64,000 nt of DNA from an uncultured Chloroflexia bacterium (GCA_963700285.1 CAVOXA010000001.1:1376001-1440000); one strand, 5' to 3'. Shown: positions 52,551 through 63,742, numbered from the stretch's first letter. The notes: a model not told the origin generated them from the sequence alone. Numbers and translations: made by a program.

Positions 52551-53894
52551 CTACTTGGCAGCCACGTTGGCGGCTACCAGAATGGGATCCCAGACCGGCG
52601 CAAAGGGTGGCGCATAGCTCAGGTCCAGTTGTTGCAGGTCGGCGACGGTCATGCGGTTGTAGAGCGCTGTGGCCAGCACATCGATACGCTTCGCTACGCC
52701 GCGCTTGCCGACAATCTGCCCGCCCAACAGCCGGCCGCTGTTCTCGTCGACGACCAGCTTGACGTGGATCTGCGCGGCGCCGGGTAAGTAGTGAGAAATG
52801 TCGCTGGCTGTGACCATGGTCTCGCGGACGCTGTGGCCGTAGGACCTGGCCTTTTCTGCCGTGAGGCCCGTGGAGGCCGCGGCCAGGTCAAAGACCCGTA
52901 CCACCGTGGTACCCACCACGCCACCAAAGGCGGCCGTGCCGCCCGCGGCGTTCGTGCCGGCCACGCGTCCCTGCTTGTTGGCCGTACTGCCCAGAGGGAT
53001 GTAGGCCGGTACACCGCTAACCAGGTGCAGGGCCTCGGAGCAGTCACCCGCGGCGTACACGCCCAGGACGTTGGTCTGCATGCTGCTGTTGGTAGCGATC
53101 GCTCCGGTTATGCCGAGGGCCACGCCCGCATCTTGGGCCAACGTGACGTTGGGTTGCGCTCCCATGCCCAGCAGGGCGACGTCGCAGGGCAAGTGCTCTT
53201 CCTCGGTGACCACAGCCTCCACTCTATGCTTGCCCTCGAAGGCTATGGGCGTGCCCTTGACGACGGTCACGCCTCGCTGGGCCAGTTCCGCAGCCAGTAG
53301 CTCGCGTACATCGTCGTCGAGCGTGGCTCGCATCACCTTGCCCGAGCGGATCACCATTGTGACCTCCAAGCCCCTACGCTGGAAGGTCTCGGCCATCTCC
53401 ACCCCGACATAGCCGCCGCCAACAACCACCGCTCGTTGTGGCCGGTGCTCGGCAAGGAACGCTTGGATGGCCAGGCCAGACTCGAGGGATCGCAGGCCAA
53501 AGATGCCCTCCATGGCAGATCCGGACAGGGACGGGCGGATGGCGCGTGCACCACTGCCAATGATAAGTTTGTCATAATCCATCGTGAACTTGCGGTCAGC
53601 TTCGAGATCGTGGACGCGCACTGCCTGGGCCCCCACGTCAATGGAGATGACTGCGTGGCGGATATGTACGCTCACGCCTTGGTTGGCCATCTGGGCCGGG
53701 GTACGCTGGATGAGTGCCTGGTAGTCAGGAACGTCTCCCGCGACAAAATAGGGGATACCGCAAGCCGCGAAGGAGATGAAGCGACTTTTTTCATAGACCA
53801 CGATCTCCAGTTCGCGGTCCACGCGCGCCGCCTTGGCCGCGGCGCTCATGCCCGCCGCCCCGCCTCCGATCACGACCAGCCGTCTGGGTCCCAT
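52551..53894 (-). CDS. CoA-disulfide reductase / NADH oxidase family flavoprotein
   Basis: GGGAAG, SFAACGIPY, GGGYVG, AAGDC, YAPPFAPVWD. Confidence 0.9.
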   Translation of the reverse strand: MGPRRLVVIGGGAAGMSAAAKAARVDRELEIVVYEKSRFISFAACGIPYFVAGDVPDYQALIQRTPAQMANQGVSVHIRHAVISIDVGAQAVRVHDLEADRKFTMDYDKLIIGSGARAIRPSLSGSAMEGIFGLRSLESGLAIQAFLAEHRPQRAVVVGGGYVGVEMAETFQRRGLEVTMVIRSGKVMRATLDDDVRELLAAELAQRGVTVVKGTPIAFEGKHRVEAVVTEEEHLPCDVALLGMGAQPNVTLAQDAGVALGITGAIATNSSMQTNVLGVYAAGDCSEALHLVSGVPAYIPLGSTANKQGRVAGTNAAGGTAAFGGVVGTTVVRVFDLAAASTGLTAEKARSYGHSVRETMVTASDISHYLPGAAQIHVKLVVDENSGRLLGGQIVGKRGVAKRIDVLATALYNRMTVADLQQLDLSYAPPFAPVWDPILVAANVAAK

Positions 53895-53928
53895 GGGTGC
53901 CTCCTTGCCCCGCCTAGGTCTGGGCGTG

Positions 53929-54240
53929 CTACTTGGACGGTTTGATGGTGGCGTCGGCGGGGAGAGCCAGGCCAGCCTCTATCTCAACAGCCTTGATGAC
54001 GCCCACCGGCACAGGGCAGGCGGGGTGATAGCAATGCTGGGCACCCAGCTTGAGTGTCCGAGGGCCTTCGCCCCGGAAGCTTATCTCCTGAAAGGGGTCT
54101 ACCTCGGCCAGATCTTTGCCCAAGCGCTGGATGGCGTCGCAGTCGCTCTCGATAGAGACAACGCACTTGCGACCGTCCATTTGCGTTCGCACGGTAGCCG
54201 TAAAGCCGCAGATGCCTGAATTTATCTCTGCCTTTGCCAT
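53929..54240 (-). CDS. Small Cys-rich conserved hypothetical protein (DUF6951-like)
   Basis: GICGF, ESDC, HCYHPACPVP, EAGLALP pattern. Confidence 0.65.
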   Translation of the reverse strand: MAKAEINSGICGFTATVRTQMDGRKCVVSIESDCDAIQRLGKDLAEVDPFQEISFRGEGPRTLKLGAQHCYHPACPVPVGVIKAVEIEAGLALPADATIKPSK

Positions 54241-54259
54241 GTATGTTTTCTGTCTCCTT

Positions 54260-55021
54260 CTATGCTATTTGGTCCAAGGGTACCGCTATGTCATCAATGG
54301 ACTGGATGACGATGTCGGCGCCAGCAGCCAACAGATCTGGATCGCCTGGTCCGGTCCGGACCGCGATCCGCAGACCCGCACCAGCTCGCTGGGCCATCAA
54401 CAGGTCGGCCTGGGTATCACCCACGACGGCGGTACGGCTGGGGTCGATCTGCAGTCGATCGCAGGCGGCTATCAACATGTCCGGCGCCGGTTTGGATGGC
54501 AATCCATCGTCGCCGCAGACAAGGAGATCGACCAGGTTCTCGATTCCCAGGATGCGTACCGTCTCTTCTGTTTCGGCGCGATGGTCGGTAGTAACCACGG
54601 CAAGGCGAACGCCCGCGTGTTGCAGGCGCGTGAACAACCCGGCCACATCGCCGGTTGGACGGACCAGATCGGGGAGCGCCAGTTCGTCGCCAACCTGGCC
54701 AAAGGCAGCCTGGATCCGGTCTTCGGCCTCTGGCCAGGGGATGCCGTGGCGATAGAGTGTGCCCGCGGCGATGGCCCGCAGTTGTCCGGTGGTGGCAATG
54801 GACAGTGGGCTCTGTGGCAGGGTGTGCCGCAGGGTTGAGTCGTAGCCAAGGGAGTGGTAGAGATCGTGTTCCAGGGTTTGGTCCGCATCATCGGCCAGCT
54901 TGGCTACCCAGGCCTCGGCCAGCCGGCCCCACATGCCGTCGAACTCAATCAGCGTGCCGTCTTTGTCGAAGGCGAGCATGTCGGCTTCGAATGCAGTCCG
55001 GCCAAATTCAACGCGTGCCAT
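54260..55021 (-). CDS. HAD-superfamily hydrolase
   Basis: FDKDGTL, VTTD, KPAPD, VGDTQAD; RBS GAGGAG. Confidence 0.88.
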   Translation of the reverse strand: MARVEFGRTAFEADMLAFDKDGTLIEFDGMWGRLAEAWVAKLADDADQTLEHDLYHSLGYDSTLRHTLPQSPLSIATTGQLRAIAAGTLYRHGIPWPEAEDRIQAAFGQVGDELALPDLVRPTGDVAGLFTRLQHAGVRLAVVTTDHRAETEETVRILGIENLVDLLVCGDDGLPSKPAPDMLIAACDRLQIDPSRTAVVGDTQADLLMAQRAGAGLRIAVRTGPGDPDLLAAGADIVIQSIDDIAVPLDQIA

Positions 55022-55202
55022 TTGCTCCTCGCTGGGCGTCTCCCCTGGGGAATGAATGAACCTCCCTGCAGCCCCGCTGCATTCTATCATGCCTTGGCTG
55101 TGCTGTCCAATGGCAGGTATTAGGTCAGTATTGAGTGGTGGCCAGGGGACTTGGATCGGAGAACGTCCACCAGCAGTTAAGGGGCAGCCGCGAGCACCAT
55201 GG

Positions 55203-56108
55203 TTACTCATCGTTCTCAAGAAAAATCGGATTGCTCCAGGCCCAGTGGCCGTCGAGATCCCGGCAGGCCACCCGCACATACCGCTGCTCCCAACCGAGCC
55301 AGACGCGTGCTTCGGTCAACGTCTCCCCTGGGGGAGCTGTCACACGCTGGCTGCGGTAGCCGTTACCGACAAAGTCGATCACGGTCGACGGGGAACATTG
55401 GGCCCAGACTTGGGGTCCGTCGAGCGCCACATTGTAGATCTGGGGACCACAGCTCGGGTAAAAGTGTCCATTCTCCAGCGCCTGGAGGATCGCTGCCTGT
55501 GTCAGCGCCGGCGCCTTCACCCACACCCACCCCAGGCCGGCATCCTTGGAACCGTTCCGCCAGTGCGCATCATCCACTGCAATGCCCCACAACCGGCGGC
55601 CAGCGGCCAGCAGGTCATCCCAGTGGATGGTGGAGAAGCCCTTCGCGTCGTCTACCTCGCAGCCGCCGTTATAGATCTCAAGGGCAAAGCAGCCCTCTAT
55701 GCCTACCAGGTCTTTCGACATCTGGCCGGACCAGTAGGGATGGGCAATGGCCACCAGGGCGCCTGCCGCTCGTAGCTCGTTGACCGCCTCCTGCATGGGA
55801 GCATTGTCCGTGCTTGCCCCTGTCAATGGCCCTGATGCCGACAGGCCGATCACATGGTACAGGCCTGCCACGGGATCCATGCCATCCAGCTCGATGCCGG
55901 CGAGGGTGATAAAGTCAGAGCCTATTGACTGCACCTCTGATCCAACGCGGTGGTCGGTCAGCGCTACAAAGTGGTACCCTCGGTTGCCGTACCAGGCCAG
56001 GACCTCGGCGGGTGTGCGTTCGCCGTCCGATGTGGCGCTGTGCACATGCAGGCAACCCTTGAACCACGTTCCGGGCTGGCTAAAGGGATCTGGACATTCG
56101 ATGCCCAA
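55203..56108 (-). CDS. PHP-domain metallohydrolase (CehA/McbA-like)
   Basis: KGCLHVHSATSDG, LTDH, AHPYW, EIYNG, AVDDAH; start approximate (TTG). Confidence 0.85.
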   Translation of the reverse strand: MGIECPDPFSQPGTWFKGCLHVHSATSDGERTPAEVLAWYGNRGYHFVALTDHRVGSEVQSIGSDFITLAGIELDGMDPVAGLYHVIGLSASGPLTGASTDNAPMQEAVNELRAAGALVAIAHPYWSGQMSKDLVGIEGCFALEIYNGGCEVDDAKGFSTIHWDDLLAAGRRLWGIAVDDAHWRNGSKDAGLGWVWVKAPALTQAAILQALENGHFYPSCGPQIYNVALDGPQVWAQCSPSTVIDFVGNGYRSQRVTAPPGETLTEARVWLGWEQRYVRVACRDLDGHWAWSNPIFLENDE

Positions 56109-56136
56109 GGTTAACCTCGCTTGGCCACGGCTGCGG

Positions 56137-57225
56137 CTAGGGGAGCCACCCTGCGGCCTGGTAGTTGCGGGTGAGCGGACCCGGAGGCACGTTTGGCCCG
56201 CAGGCAATGATGGGTACCTGACTGGTGTGCAGCCCTCCATGCGAGCGTATCGCGACCTGCTCCCGCGCTGAAGCCAGGTGCCCAAAGACTGTTTCTTGCG
56301 TAGCCAGTACGAAAAGGTCGCCGATCCGGCCGGGATAGAGTTGAAATTCTTGTGCAGCTGCGGCGCGGGTCCAAACAGACTCAACGCCAGGTTCCTCCAC
56401 CAGAAGCGCAATCGCCTGGTCAAGTTGTGCTGGGTCTTTTGAGTAGATGTAGGCCGCGCCTCCCAGGTTCTGGTGGTGGGCCACGTAGCGGTCTTTGATG
56501 ATCGGTATGGCGTCGGCGTTGAGGCCTGCGGCGGCAAGGATCTGGCCCAGGTCAAGCCCACGTGTTTTTGCCGCCATGCCATGGTCCGCGGTGACGATCA
56601 CCGAGAACTCGGGGCCACTGTTCAGCAAGTCGGCCAAGAGCCTATCCAGGGCCGACAGGTTTTCCTGTGATTGGGCTGATTCCGGGGCATGCATATGCTG
56701 GGCATAGTCGGTTGTGGAGAGATAGAGCAGGTCCGGCGGCCGGAGGCTGCACAGCGCTTCGGCCGCCCGAAAGAGCCAGTGGTTGACCTCCACCGACAGA
56801 ATGTGCGGTGGTGGTCCAATCGCGTCGATGAGCCAGTTCGGAGGGGATTCAGCCGAAATCGTCTCTGTCGCACCCCGCTGGAGCAGAGTGCTCAGCTTGT
56901 CCTTGGCAGTGAACAACGCCGAACGCTGTCCTACCCGTGTTGCTGCCTCAAAGATCGTGGGCGCCAGGATGAAACCGGCCGCTTCCATGTAGACGCCCTG
57001 ACCTGCCGCCCCGTCATAGTAATAGTTGGCCGTGATCCCATGGAGCGAAGGCGGACCGCCGGTGATGATCGAGACGTTATTGACGTTGGTCACGGCCGGC
57101 ATGGCGCACTGGGCGACCGTTCGCCAGCCACGCTGGCCGAGTTCGTCCAGGGTGGGCACCGTAGCCTGGGCCAAATAGTCGGGGCCGACTCCATCCAGAC
57201 AGATGATCAGATGGGTGTGCATCAT
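56137..57225 (-). CDS. phnA: Alkaline-phosphatase-superfamily enzyme, phosphonoacetate hydrolase-like
   Basis: ICLDG, PAVTNVNNVSIITG.PP..HGITANY, YLSTTDYAQH, TADHGM, YVAHH, RSHGG. Confidence 0.72.
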   Translation of the reverse strand: MMHTHLIICLDGVGPDYLAQATVPTLDELGQRGWRTVAQCAMPAVTNVNNVSIITGGPPSLHGITANYYYDGAAGQGVYMEAAGFILAPTIFEAATRVGQRSALFTAKDKLSTLLQRGATETISAESPPNWLIDAIGPPPHILSVEVNHWLFRAAEALCSLRPPDLLYLSTTDYAQHMHAPESAQSQENLSALDRLLADLLNSGPEFSVIVTADHGMAAKTRGLDLGQILAAAGLNADAIPIIKDRYVAHHQNLGGAAYIYSKDPAQLDQAIALLVEEPGVESVWTRAAAAQEFQLYPGRIGDLFVLATQETVFGHLASAREQVAIRSHGGLHTSQVPIIACGPNVPPGPLTRNYQAAGWLP

Positions 57226-57379
57226 GCCATGTCCATTTCCGCTGCGCTGCAGCAAGGCTTCGTCTCGCACGAGTTGCACCGATTCTATCATATCTTGGAG
57301 ACGGGGGCAATGTAGACGCTGGCAGGGGGTGGCTGCGACCTGGTCTGGCAGAGGCAGGAAGTTCCATGATAGGAGGCTG

Positions 57380-57408
57380 TTGCACGATCAGCAGAAAGCC
57401 GCTATAAT
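57380..57408 (+). promoter_or_regulatory. sigma70 promoter of hypD
   Basis: TTGCAC-17 bp-TATAAT. Confidence 0.6.
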
Positions 57409-57446
57409 AGGCCGAGCCCACCAGGTCTAGTCAGGAGGTTGAATCC

Positions 57447-59813
57447 ATGGTCATGAGTGACCGTGTTGCCCGTCTGCGACAGCAGAGCCTGGATGCCCTG
57501 CCCAGCATTTCGACAGAGCGGGCAGAGTTGATGACCGAATTCTACCGGCAGACGGAAGGCCTCATGTCGGTGCCCTTGCGCCGTGCCCTTGCCTTTCAGT
57601 ACCTGATGGAGCACCTCACCATCTGTATCAACCCCGATGAACTGATCGTCGGCGAGAAGGGGCCCACCCCCAAGGCGACGCCAACTTTTCCAGAGCTGTG
57701 CTGCCACACACTGGTGGACCTCGAGACTCTAGACGGCAGGGAAAAGATACCTTTTGCCGCCAGCATGGAGACGAGGCAGGTGTACGAGGGGGCGATTATC
57801 CCCTTTTGGCGTGGCAGATCGATGCGCGATCTCATCTTTCAGGAGATGGCTCCGGAGTGGTTGGCGGCGTACGAGGCGGGCGTCTTTACCGAGTTTATGG
57901 AACAGCGTTCCCCGGGCCACACCGTCCTGGATGACAAGATATACCACAAAGGCATGCTCGATTTCAAGCGTGACATTAAGCAGAGCCTGGCCAACCTAGA
58001 CTACCTTGACGATCCAGATGCTTATGCGAGACAGGAAGAACTCAGGGCCATGGACATTTGCGCCAGTGCTCTGATCCGCTTTGCAGAGCGTCACGCGGAA
58101 AAGGCTCGGGAGCTGGCCCTGGAGCAGGCAGACCCGCAGCGCAGAGAGGAATTGGCGCGTATCGCCGAGGTGTGTACCCGCGTACCGGCACAAGCGCCGC
58201 GGGACTTTTGGGAAGCGCTGCAGTACTACTGGTTCGTTCACCTGGGCGTGACCACAGAGTTGAACCCCTGGGACGCCTATTGTCCTGGCAAGCTCGATCA
58301 GCACCTCCTTCCCTTCTACGAGGCCGGCCTGGACTCGGGGGCACTGACGCGGGACCAGGCTGAGGAACTGCTCCAATGCTTCTGGATCAAGTTTAACAAC
58401 CAGCCCGCGCCGCCCAAGGTGGGCGTCACCGCCAAGGAGAGCAGCACCTACACCGACTTTGCCCAGATCAACTTGGGCGGCATCACGCCGGATGGTTCTG
58501 ACGGTGTCGACGAGGTTACTTACTTGATGCTGGATGTGATCGAGGAGATGCGGTTGCTGCAGCCCAGCTCTTCCATCCAGGTCAGCAAAAAGAACCCGGA
58601 CCGCTTTATCAAGCGTGCCGCTCGTATCATTCGCACCGGATTTGGCCAGCCCTCCGTGTTCAATGCCGATCTGATCGTCCAGGAGCTGATGCGCATGGGC
58701 AAGTCGGTGGCCGATGCGCGGCAGGGCGGCTCCAGCGGCTGCGTGGAGGTAGGGGCCTTTGGCAAGGAAAACTATAACCTGACCGGTTATTTCAACATGC
58801 CAAAGGTTCTGGAACTCACCCTGCATAACGGCAGCGATCCCCGGACAGGCATCCGCATCGGGCTGGAAACCGGGGACGCCAAGTACCTAGATACCTTTGA
58901 GGCTCTCTTTGCAGCCTACCGCCAGCAACTGGACCACTTGATCGATATCAAGGTCCGGGGCAACAATGTGATCGAGCGCCTGTACGCAACCTATATGCCG
59001 GCGCCGTTTCTGTCCTTGCTTACCGATGATTGCATCGCTACAGGCAAGGACTATCACGACGGGGGCGCCCGGTACAACACGACCTACATCCAGGGAGTAG
59101 GCCTGGGTACGATGACCGATGCCCTGTCGGCCATCAAGTACCACGTTTTTGACCAGAAGACGCTGGCGATGGAAGAGCTTTTGGCCGCCCTACAGGCGGA
59201 CTTTGAGGGCTATGAACGCGTGCAGTCTTTGCTGCTGAACAAGACGCCCCGTTATGGCAATGATGATGACTATGCAGACGATGTGATGCAGGCTGTGTTT
59301 GAGGCCTACTATGAGGCCGTGGAAGGCCGGCCGAACACCAAGGGGGGTGCCTACCACATCAATCTCCTGCCTACTACCTGCCACGTCTATTTTGGCTCTG
59401 TCATTGGCGCTACGCCGGATGGGCGTAAGGCGGATATGCCGCTCTCGGAAGGCATCTCGCCGGTACAGGGCGCCGACCGGCGCGGGCCCACGGCGGTCAT
59501 CAAGTCTGCGGCCAAGATGGACCACGCCCGGACCGGTGGCACCTTGCTGAACCAGAAATTCACGCCACAGTTGCTAGAGACTGAGGAGGACCTGGACAAG
59601 CTGGTTCAGTTGGTGCGCAGCTACTTTCGGCTAGATGGTCACCACATTCAATTCAACGTCGTGGATGCAGCCACGCTGCGGGCAGCGCAGAGAAATCCAG
59701 AGCAGCACCGCAACCTGATCGTACGCGTGGCGGGCTACAGCGACTATTTCTGCGATCTCACGCCAGCGCTTCAGGAAGAAATCATTGCCCGCACGGAGCA
59801 CCACTTGTTCTAA
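57447..59813 (+). CDS. hypD: Glycyl radical enzyme, trans-4-hydroxy-L-proline dehydratase
   Basis: FTEFMEQRSPGHT, ELNPWDAY, PAPPKVGVTAKESSTYTDF, SGCVE, LTGYFN, LPTTCH, RVAGYS. Confidence 0.88.
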   Translation: MVMSDRVARLRQQSLDALPSISTERAELMTEFYRQTEGLMSVPLRRALAFQYLMEHLTICINPDELIVGEKGPTPKATPTFPELCCHTLVDLETLDGREKIPFAASMETRQVYEGAIIPFWRGRSMRDLIFQEMAPEWLAAYEAGVFTEFMEQRSPGHTVLDDKIYHKGMLDFKRDIKQSLANLDYLDDPDAYARQEELRAMDICASALIRFAERHAEKARELALEQADPQRREELARIAEVCTRVPAQAPRDFWEALQYYWFVHLGVTTELNPWDAYCPGKLDQHLLPFYEAGLDSGALTRDQAEELLQCFWIKFNNQPAPPKVGVTAKESSTYTDFAQINLGGITPDGSDGVDEVTYLMLDVIEEMRLLQPSSSIQVSKKNPDRFIKRAARIIRTGFGQPSVFNADLIVQELMRMGKSVADARQGGSSGCVEVGAFGKENYNLTGYFNMPKVLELTLHNGSDPRTGIRIGLETGDAKYLDTFEALFAAYRQQLDHLIDIKVRGNNVIERLYATYMPAPFLSLLTDDCIATGKDYHDGGARYNTTYIQGVGLGTMTDALSAIKYHVFDQKTLAMEELLAALQADFEGYERVQSLLLNKTPRYGNDDDYADDVMQAVFEAYYEAVEGRPNTKGGAYHINLLPTTCHVYFGSVIGATPDGRKADMPLSEGISPVQGADRRGPTAVIKSAAKMDHARTGGTLLNQKFTPQLLETEEDLDKLVQLVRSYFRLDGHHIQFNVVDAATLRAAQRNPEQHRNLIVRVAGYSDYFCDLTPALQEEIIARTEHHLF

Positions 59814-59830
59814 GCCCCCAGGCCAGACAG

Positions 59831-59850
59831 GGGCCACAGGGCCCTTTTTT
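59831..59850 (+). terminator. Intrinsic terminator after hypD
   Basis: GGGCC-ACAG-GGCCC-TTTTTT. Confidence 0.6.
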
Positions 59851-59933
59851 CGGGATGGTTGAGGACCCTGGTTGGCCGCAAGCTTGTACCGTCTGGGGGC
59901 TGACCTGGCAGGTCTTCGAATCGTCGGAAAACA

Positions 59934-61714
59934 ATGACAGTTAGCGAATTCGCGATTTCCCAAACCTGGCAGTCTGACCGGCGTTCTTCGGTACGTTGGC
60001 TGCTGTCGCACGCCTTCCGGAACAAACTCTTCATCCTCGGCGTGTTCTTTGGGGCCTTTAGCAATGCGGCTCTGGCGGCTGTCGTGCCGGTGCTCGTCGG
60101 GCGCGCCTTTGATGCTGTGACAGCTTCTCCACCCAACCTCACGGTAGTGGGTATGGCCGCAGCAGTCATCGCGGTGTCCCAACTGGTGCGAGGCGGGTTG
60201 CAGCTGATGCGCAATTTCTCGGCCGAGGTCATTGGCCAGCGGATGGAGCGCGACACCCGCGACGAACTGTACGCCAGTCTCATCGGCAAGAGCATGTCCT
60301 TTCACGACCTGCAGCCTACAGGCGACCTGATGGCCCGGGCAACCAACGACGTGCGCGAGATCAACCTGATGTTCAATCCGGGCGTGAACCTGGTGATCGG
60401 TTCGGCCTATTTTCTCTTCATGCCCCTCATTGTCGCGCCAACTATCGATCCCCAGCTCATCCTTGCTCCTCTGATATACCTGGCTGGCCTATGTCCTATC
60501 GCTCTGGCATTATTCTGCGGCGTCTGCGGCCGGCTGCCGAGCGGGTACGCGGCGAGTTTGGCCGGATGAATGCAACACTGGCCGAGGCCATCGAGGGCAT
60601 CGAGACGGTCAAAGGTGCCGCCCAGGAGGATCGGGAGAGCCGTCGCTTCCTCGATGCAGTCGCCTCATGGCGTGACGCTTACGTGGCGCAGGGCGACATT
60701 GAGGCCATGTTCGTCCCCCTCCTGCTGATGGGCCTGGTCCAGGCAGCAGGTTTGCTGCACAGTCTGCTTCTTTTCCGCGACGGGGCCATCGACGTGGGCG
60801 ATGTGGTGGCCTACAACGGGCTGCTGCTTCTCTTGGGCTTCCCCACCTTTGCCGCCCAGTGGGCCTATCTCACGGGTGGCGACGGGAGTGGCCAGCGCCC
60901 GTCGCATCCTGGAGCTGATCAACCATGAGACCGAGCTGGATCAGAACGTCGACTGGCTATGACGCACCCATCAAGGGCAGTGTAGCCTTTCGACGATGTC
61001 AGCTTTTGCTACCGGCCGCCAGGTGATGCGTGTCCCAGCGAGCCTGCGCTGGAAGGCATCACTTTCAGCGCCGAACCGGGCCAGACCATCGCCATCGTCG
61101 GGCAGACCGGCTCTGGCAAGAGCTCCATCGCCAAGCTGATCAACCGCATCTACGACGCCGACGACGGTGAGGTGCTGGTGGATGGGGTGGATGTGCGTGA
61201 CTGGAACCTGGAAGCCCTGCGCCGCCAGATCTCGATCATCGAGCAGGACATCTTTCTCTTTTCGCGGACGTCGCCGAGAATATCGCTTTTGGCCGCCCTG
61301 AGCGCGGCCCGAGATGAAATCGAGGCGGCGGCCCGGGCGGCCCAGGCCCACGAGTTCATCACAAGTTTCAAGGATGGCTACGACACAGTCGTCGGCGAGC
61401 GGGGCGTGACCCTGTCGGGCGGGCAGCGACAGCGGATCGCGCTGGCCCGCGCTTTTCTGACCGAGCCGCGGATCCTGATCCTGGACGACTCGACCAGCGC
61501 CATCGACAGCGCCACCGAGGACCGCATCCAGCGGGCCATCGAGCAGGCTGGCGCCAGATCGTACCATGTTTCTCATCACCCACCGCCTGTCGCAGATCCG
61601 CCGCGCCGACCTGATCGTCGTCATGCGCGAGGGTGAGGTGGCGGCGGTAGGCGCGCACGAGGAGCTGATGCGCGATTCGCAGGCCTATCGCAACATCTTT
61701 GCCGGTACGAATAA
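59934..61714 (+). CDS. ABC exporter, fused permease/ATPase, subunit A (multiple frameshifts)
   Basis: [41 protein letters not shown] across frames. Confidence 0.85.
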
Positions 61715-61716
61715 CT

Positions 61717-63585
61717 ATGGGTCTGTTTTTTGGCCTTGACACCGAAGCATACGACCGACAATACAGCGACCGGGAGCTGATACGCCGCATCCTGGGGTAC
61801 TTTCGCGCCGCATCGCGCCGTCGTGTGGTCATGGTGGGGATCCTCATCGCTGCTCTCTCGCTACTGGGAGCGGCGCAGCCTATCATTGTCTCCCGAGGCT
61901 TGGATCTGCTGGTCGCCTCACCCACGCTGGCGCTGATACTGGGTCTCACGGCCGCCGTACTGATTCTCGGCGTGTTGACCTGGGCTTGGCAACTGGCTGC
62001 GACGCGGCTATCACCGTCCGCGTGATCGGCGACCTGGTGCTGGCTCTGCGCAGCGATGCATTTGATGCCTCGGTACGCCACGACATGTCCTTCTTTGACG
62101 AGTTCCAGTCGGGCCGCATCATCAGCCGTATCACCTCCGACACGGAGGAGTTCGCCCAGGTCGTGCTGCTCGTCACCGATCTGATAGGCCAGATCCTGCT
62201 GGTCGCTCATTCTACTGGTCGTGCTGTTCACAATCTCCTGGCAATTGACGCTGACTCTGCTGGCGCTGGCACCCTTTGTCCTTCTCCTGGCCATGGCCTT
62301 CCGGCGCGTTGCCCGCTTTGTCACCCGCGAGGGTTTTCGGGCCATCGCCGAGGTCAATGCCGCCATCCAGGAGGCGGTGACCGGTATCAGCGTGGCCAAG
62401 AATTTCGCCAGGAAGCGGCCATTTATGAGACCTTTTCCAGAGTCAACCGCCAGTCCTATGCCATCAACCTGCGGCGCGGATTCGTGCTGTCCAACATTTT
62501 TCCCATCCTCAATGCCCTGGCCGGCGTAGGCACGGCGGCGCTGGTCTACTGGGGCGGTTTATCGGCGACCACCGGCGCCATCTCCCTCGGGGCCTGGTAC
62601 CTGTTCATCGTCAGCGTCGACCGGTTCTGGTTTCCGATGATCAACGTTTCTGCTTTCTGGAGCCAGTTCCAGGCTGGGCTTGCCGCCTCCGAGCGGATCT
62701 TTGCTCTCATCGATGCCGAGCCGACGGTCCACCAGATTGGCGACCAGCCGGCGCACTGTACTGCAGGGAGAGATCTGTTTCGAGCAGGTCGATTTTCGCT
62801 ACACCGAACAGGAGCAGGTGCTGCGCGGACTTTTCCCTGCGCATCGCGCCCGGCGAGAGCGTGGCCCTGGTCGGGCACACCGGCGCCGGCAAGAGCAGCA
62901 TCGCCAAGCTGATCGCTCGCTTTTACGAGTTCCAGCAAGGGCAGATCGCCATCGACGGGCATGACATCCGCACCCTGGATCTGAGCAGCTATCGCCGGCA
63001 GTTGGGCATCGTCTCGCAGATGCCTTTCCTCTTTTCCGGGACGGTGGCCGACAATATCCGCTATGCCCGTCCTGACCTGAGCGACGCAGAGATCGAGGCC
63101 GTGGCGCAGGCGCATTGGCGAGGGTGAGTGGCTGGATGCACTGCCCGAGGGCCTGCAGACCGACGTCGGCGAGCGGGGCTCGCGTCTTGTCCATGGGCCA
63201 GCGGCAGCTGGTGGCCCTGATGCGGGTGCTGGTCCAGGCGCCGGCCATCTTTGTTCTCGACGAAGCCACGGCCAGCGTCGATCCCTTTACCGAGGCCCAG
63301 ATCCAGGAGGCGACCGAGCTGATCCTGGCCCGCAGCACCTCGATCCTCATCGCCCACCGCCTGTCAACGGTGCGCAAGGTAGATCGCATCATTGTCTTGG
63401 AGGACGGGCGCATCATCGAGGAAGGGGACCACGAGTCGCTGATGGCCCAGGGTGGGCACTATGCCGAGCTGTATGATACCTACTTCCGCCACCAGTCGCC
63501 CGACTACCGGCCCCCACCAGTGGAGCCTATCGAGGCGATCGTGCCGGTGTCACCTGGCGCTGCGCCTGTGTCGGCAGGCGTTTGA
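61717..63585 (+). CDS. ABC exporter, fused permease/ATPase, subunit B (multiple frameshifts)
   Basis: [43 protein letters not shown]. Confidence 0.87.
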
Positions 63586-63644
63586 ACACAGTCGTGTCTG
63601 GCACTGGACTCCTATGGTTCCCTGTTGCTACAACATCAGGTTGT

Positions 63645-63681
63645 GCTTGTGGCGGCGCGCACCCGCTCGCAAGCCACAAGC
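63645..63681. terminator. Inverted repeat between convergent genes
   Basis: Perfect 9-bp arms GCTTGTGGC / GCCACAAGC. Confidence 0.4.
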
Positions 63682-63742
63682 GGCGAACCAGAAGTACCTT
63701 CCATGCTGAAGGCGGGAAGAAGAAACAGGTGTTCTGGGCCAC

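Noticed and set aside
55037-55333. Repeated GTCTCCCCTGGG (also near 38836)
   Set aside because: Short GC-rich match; one copy is inside a CDS and one is a reverse-strand RBS; no array structure
56109-56582. N-terminal extension of the 459-aa PHP ORF
   Set aside because: Overlaps the phnA-like gene in another frame and reads as non-protein-like
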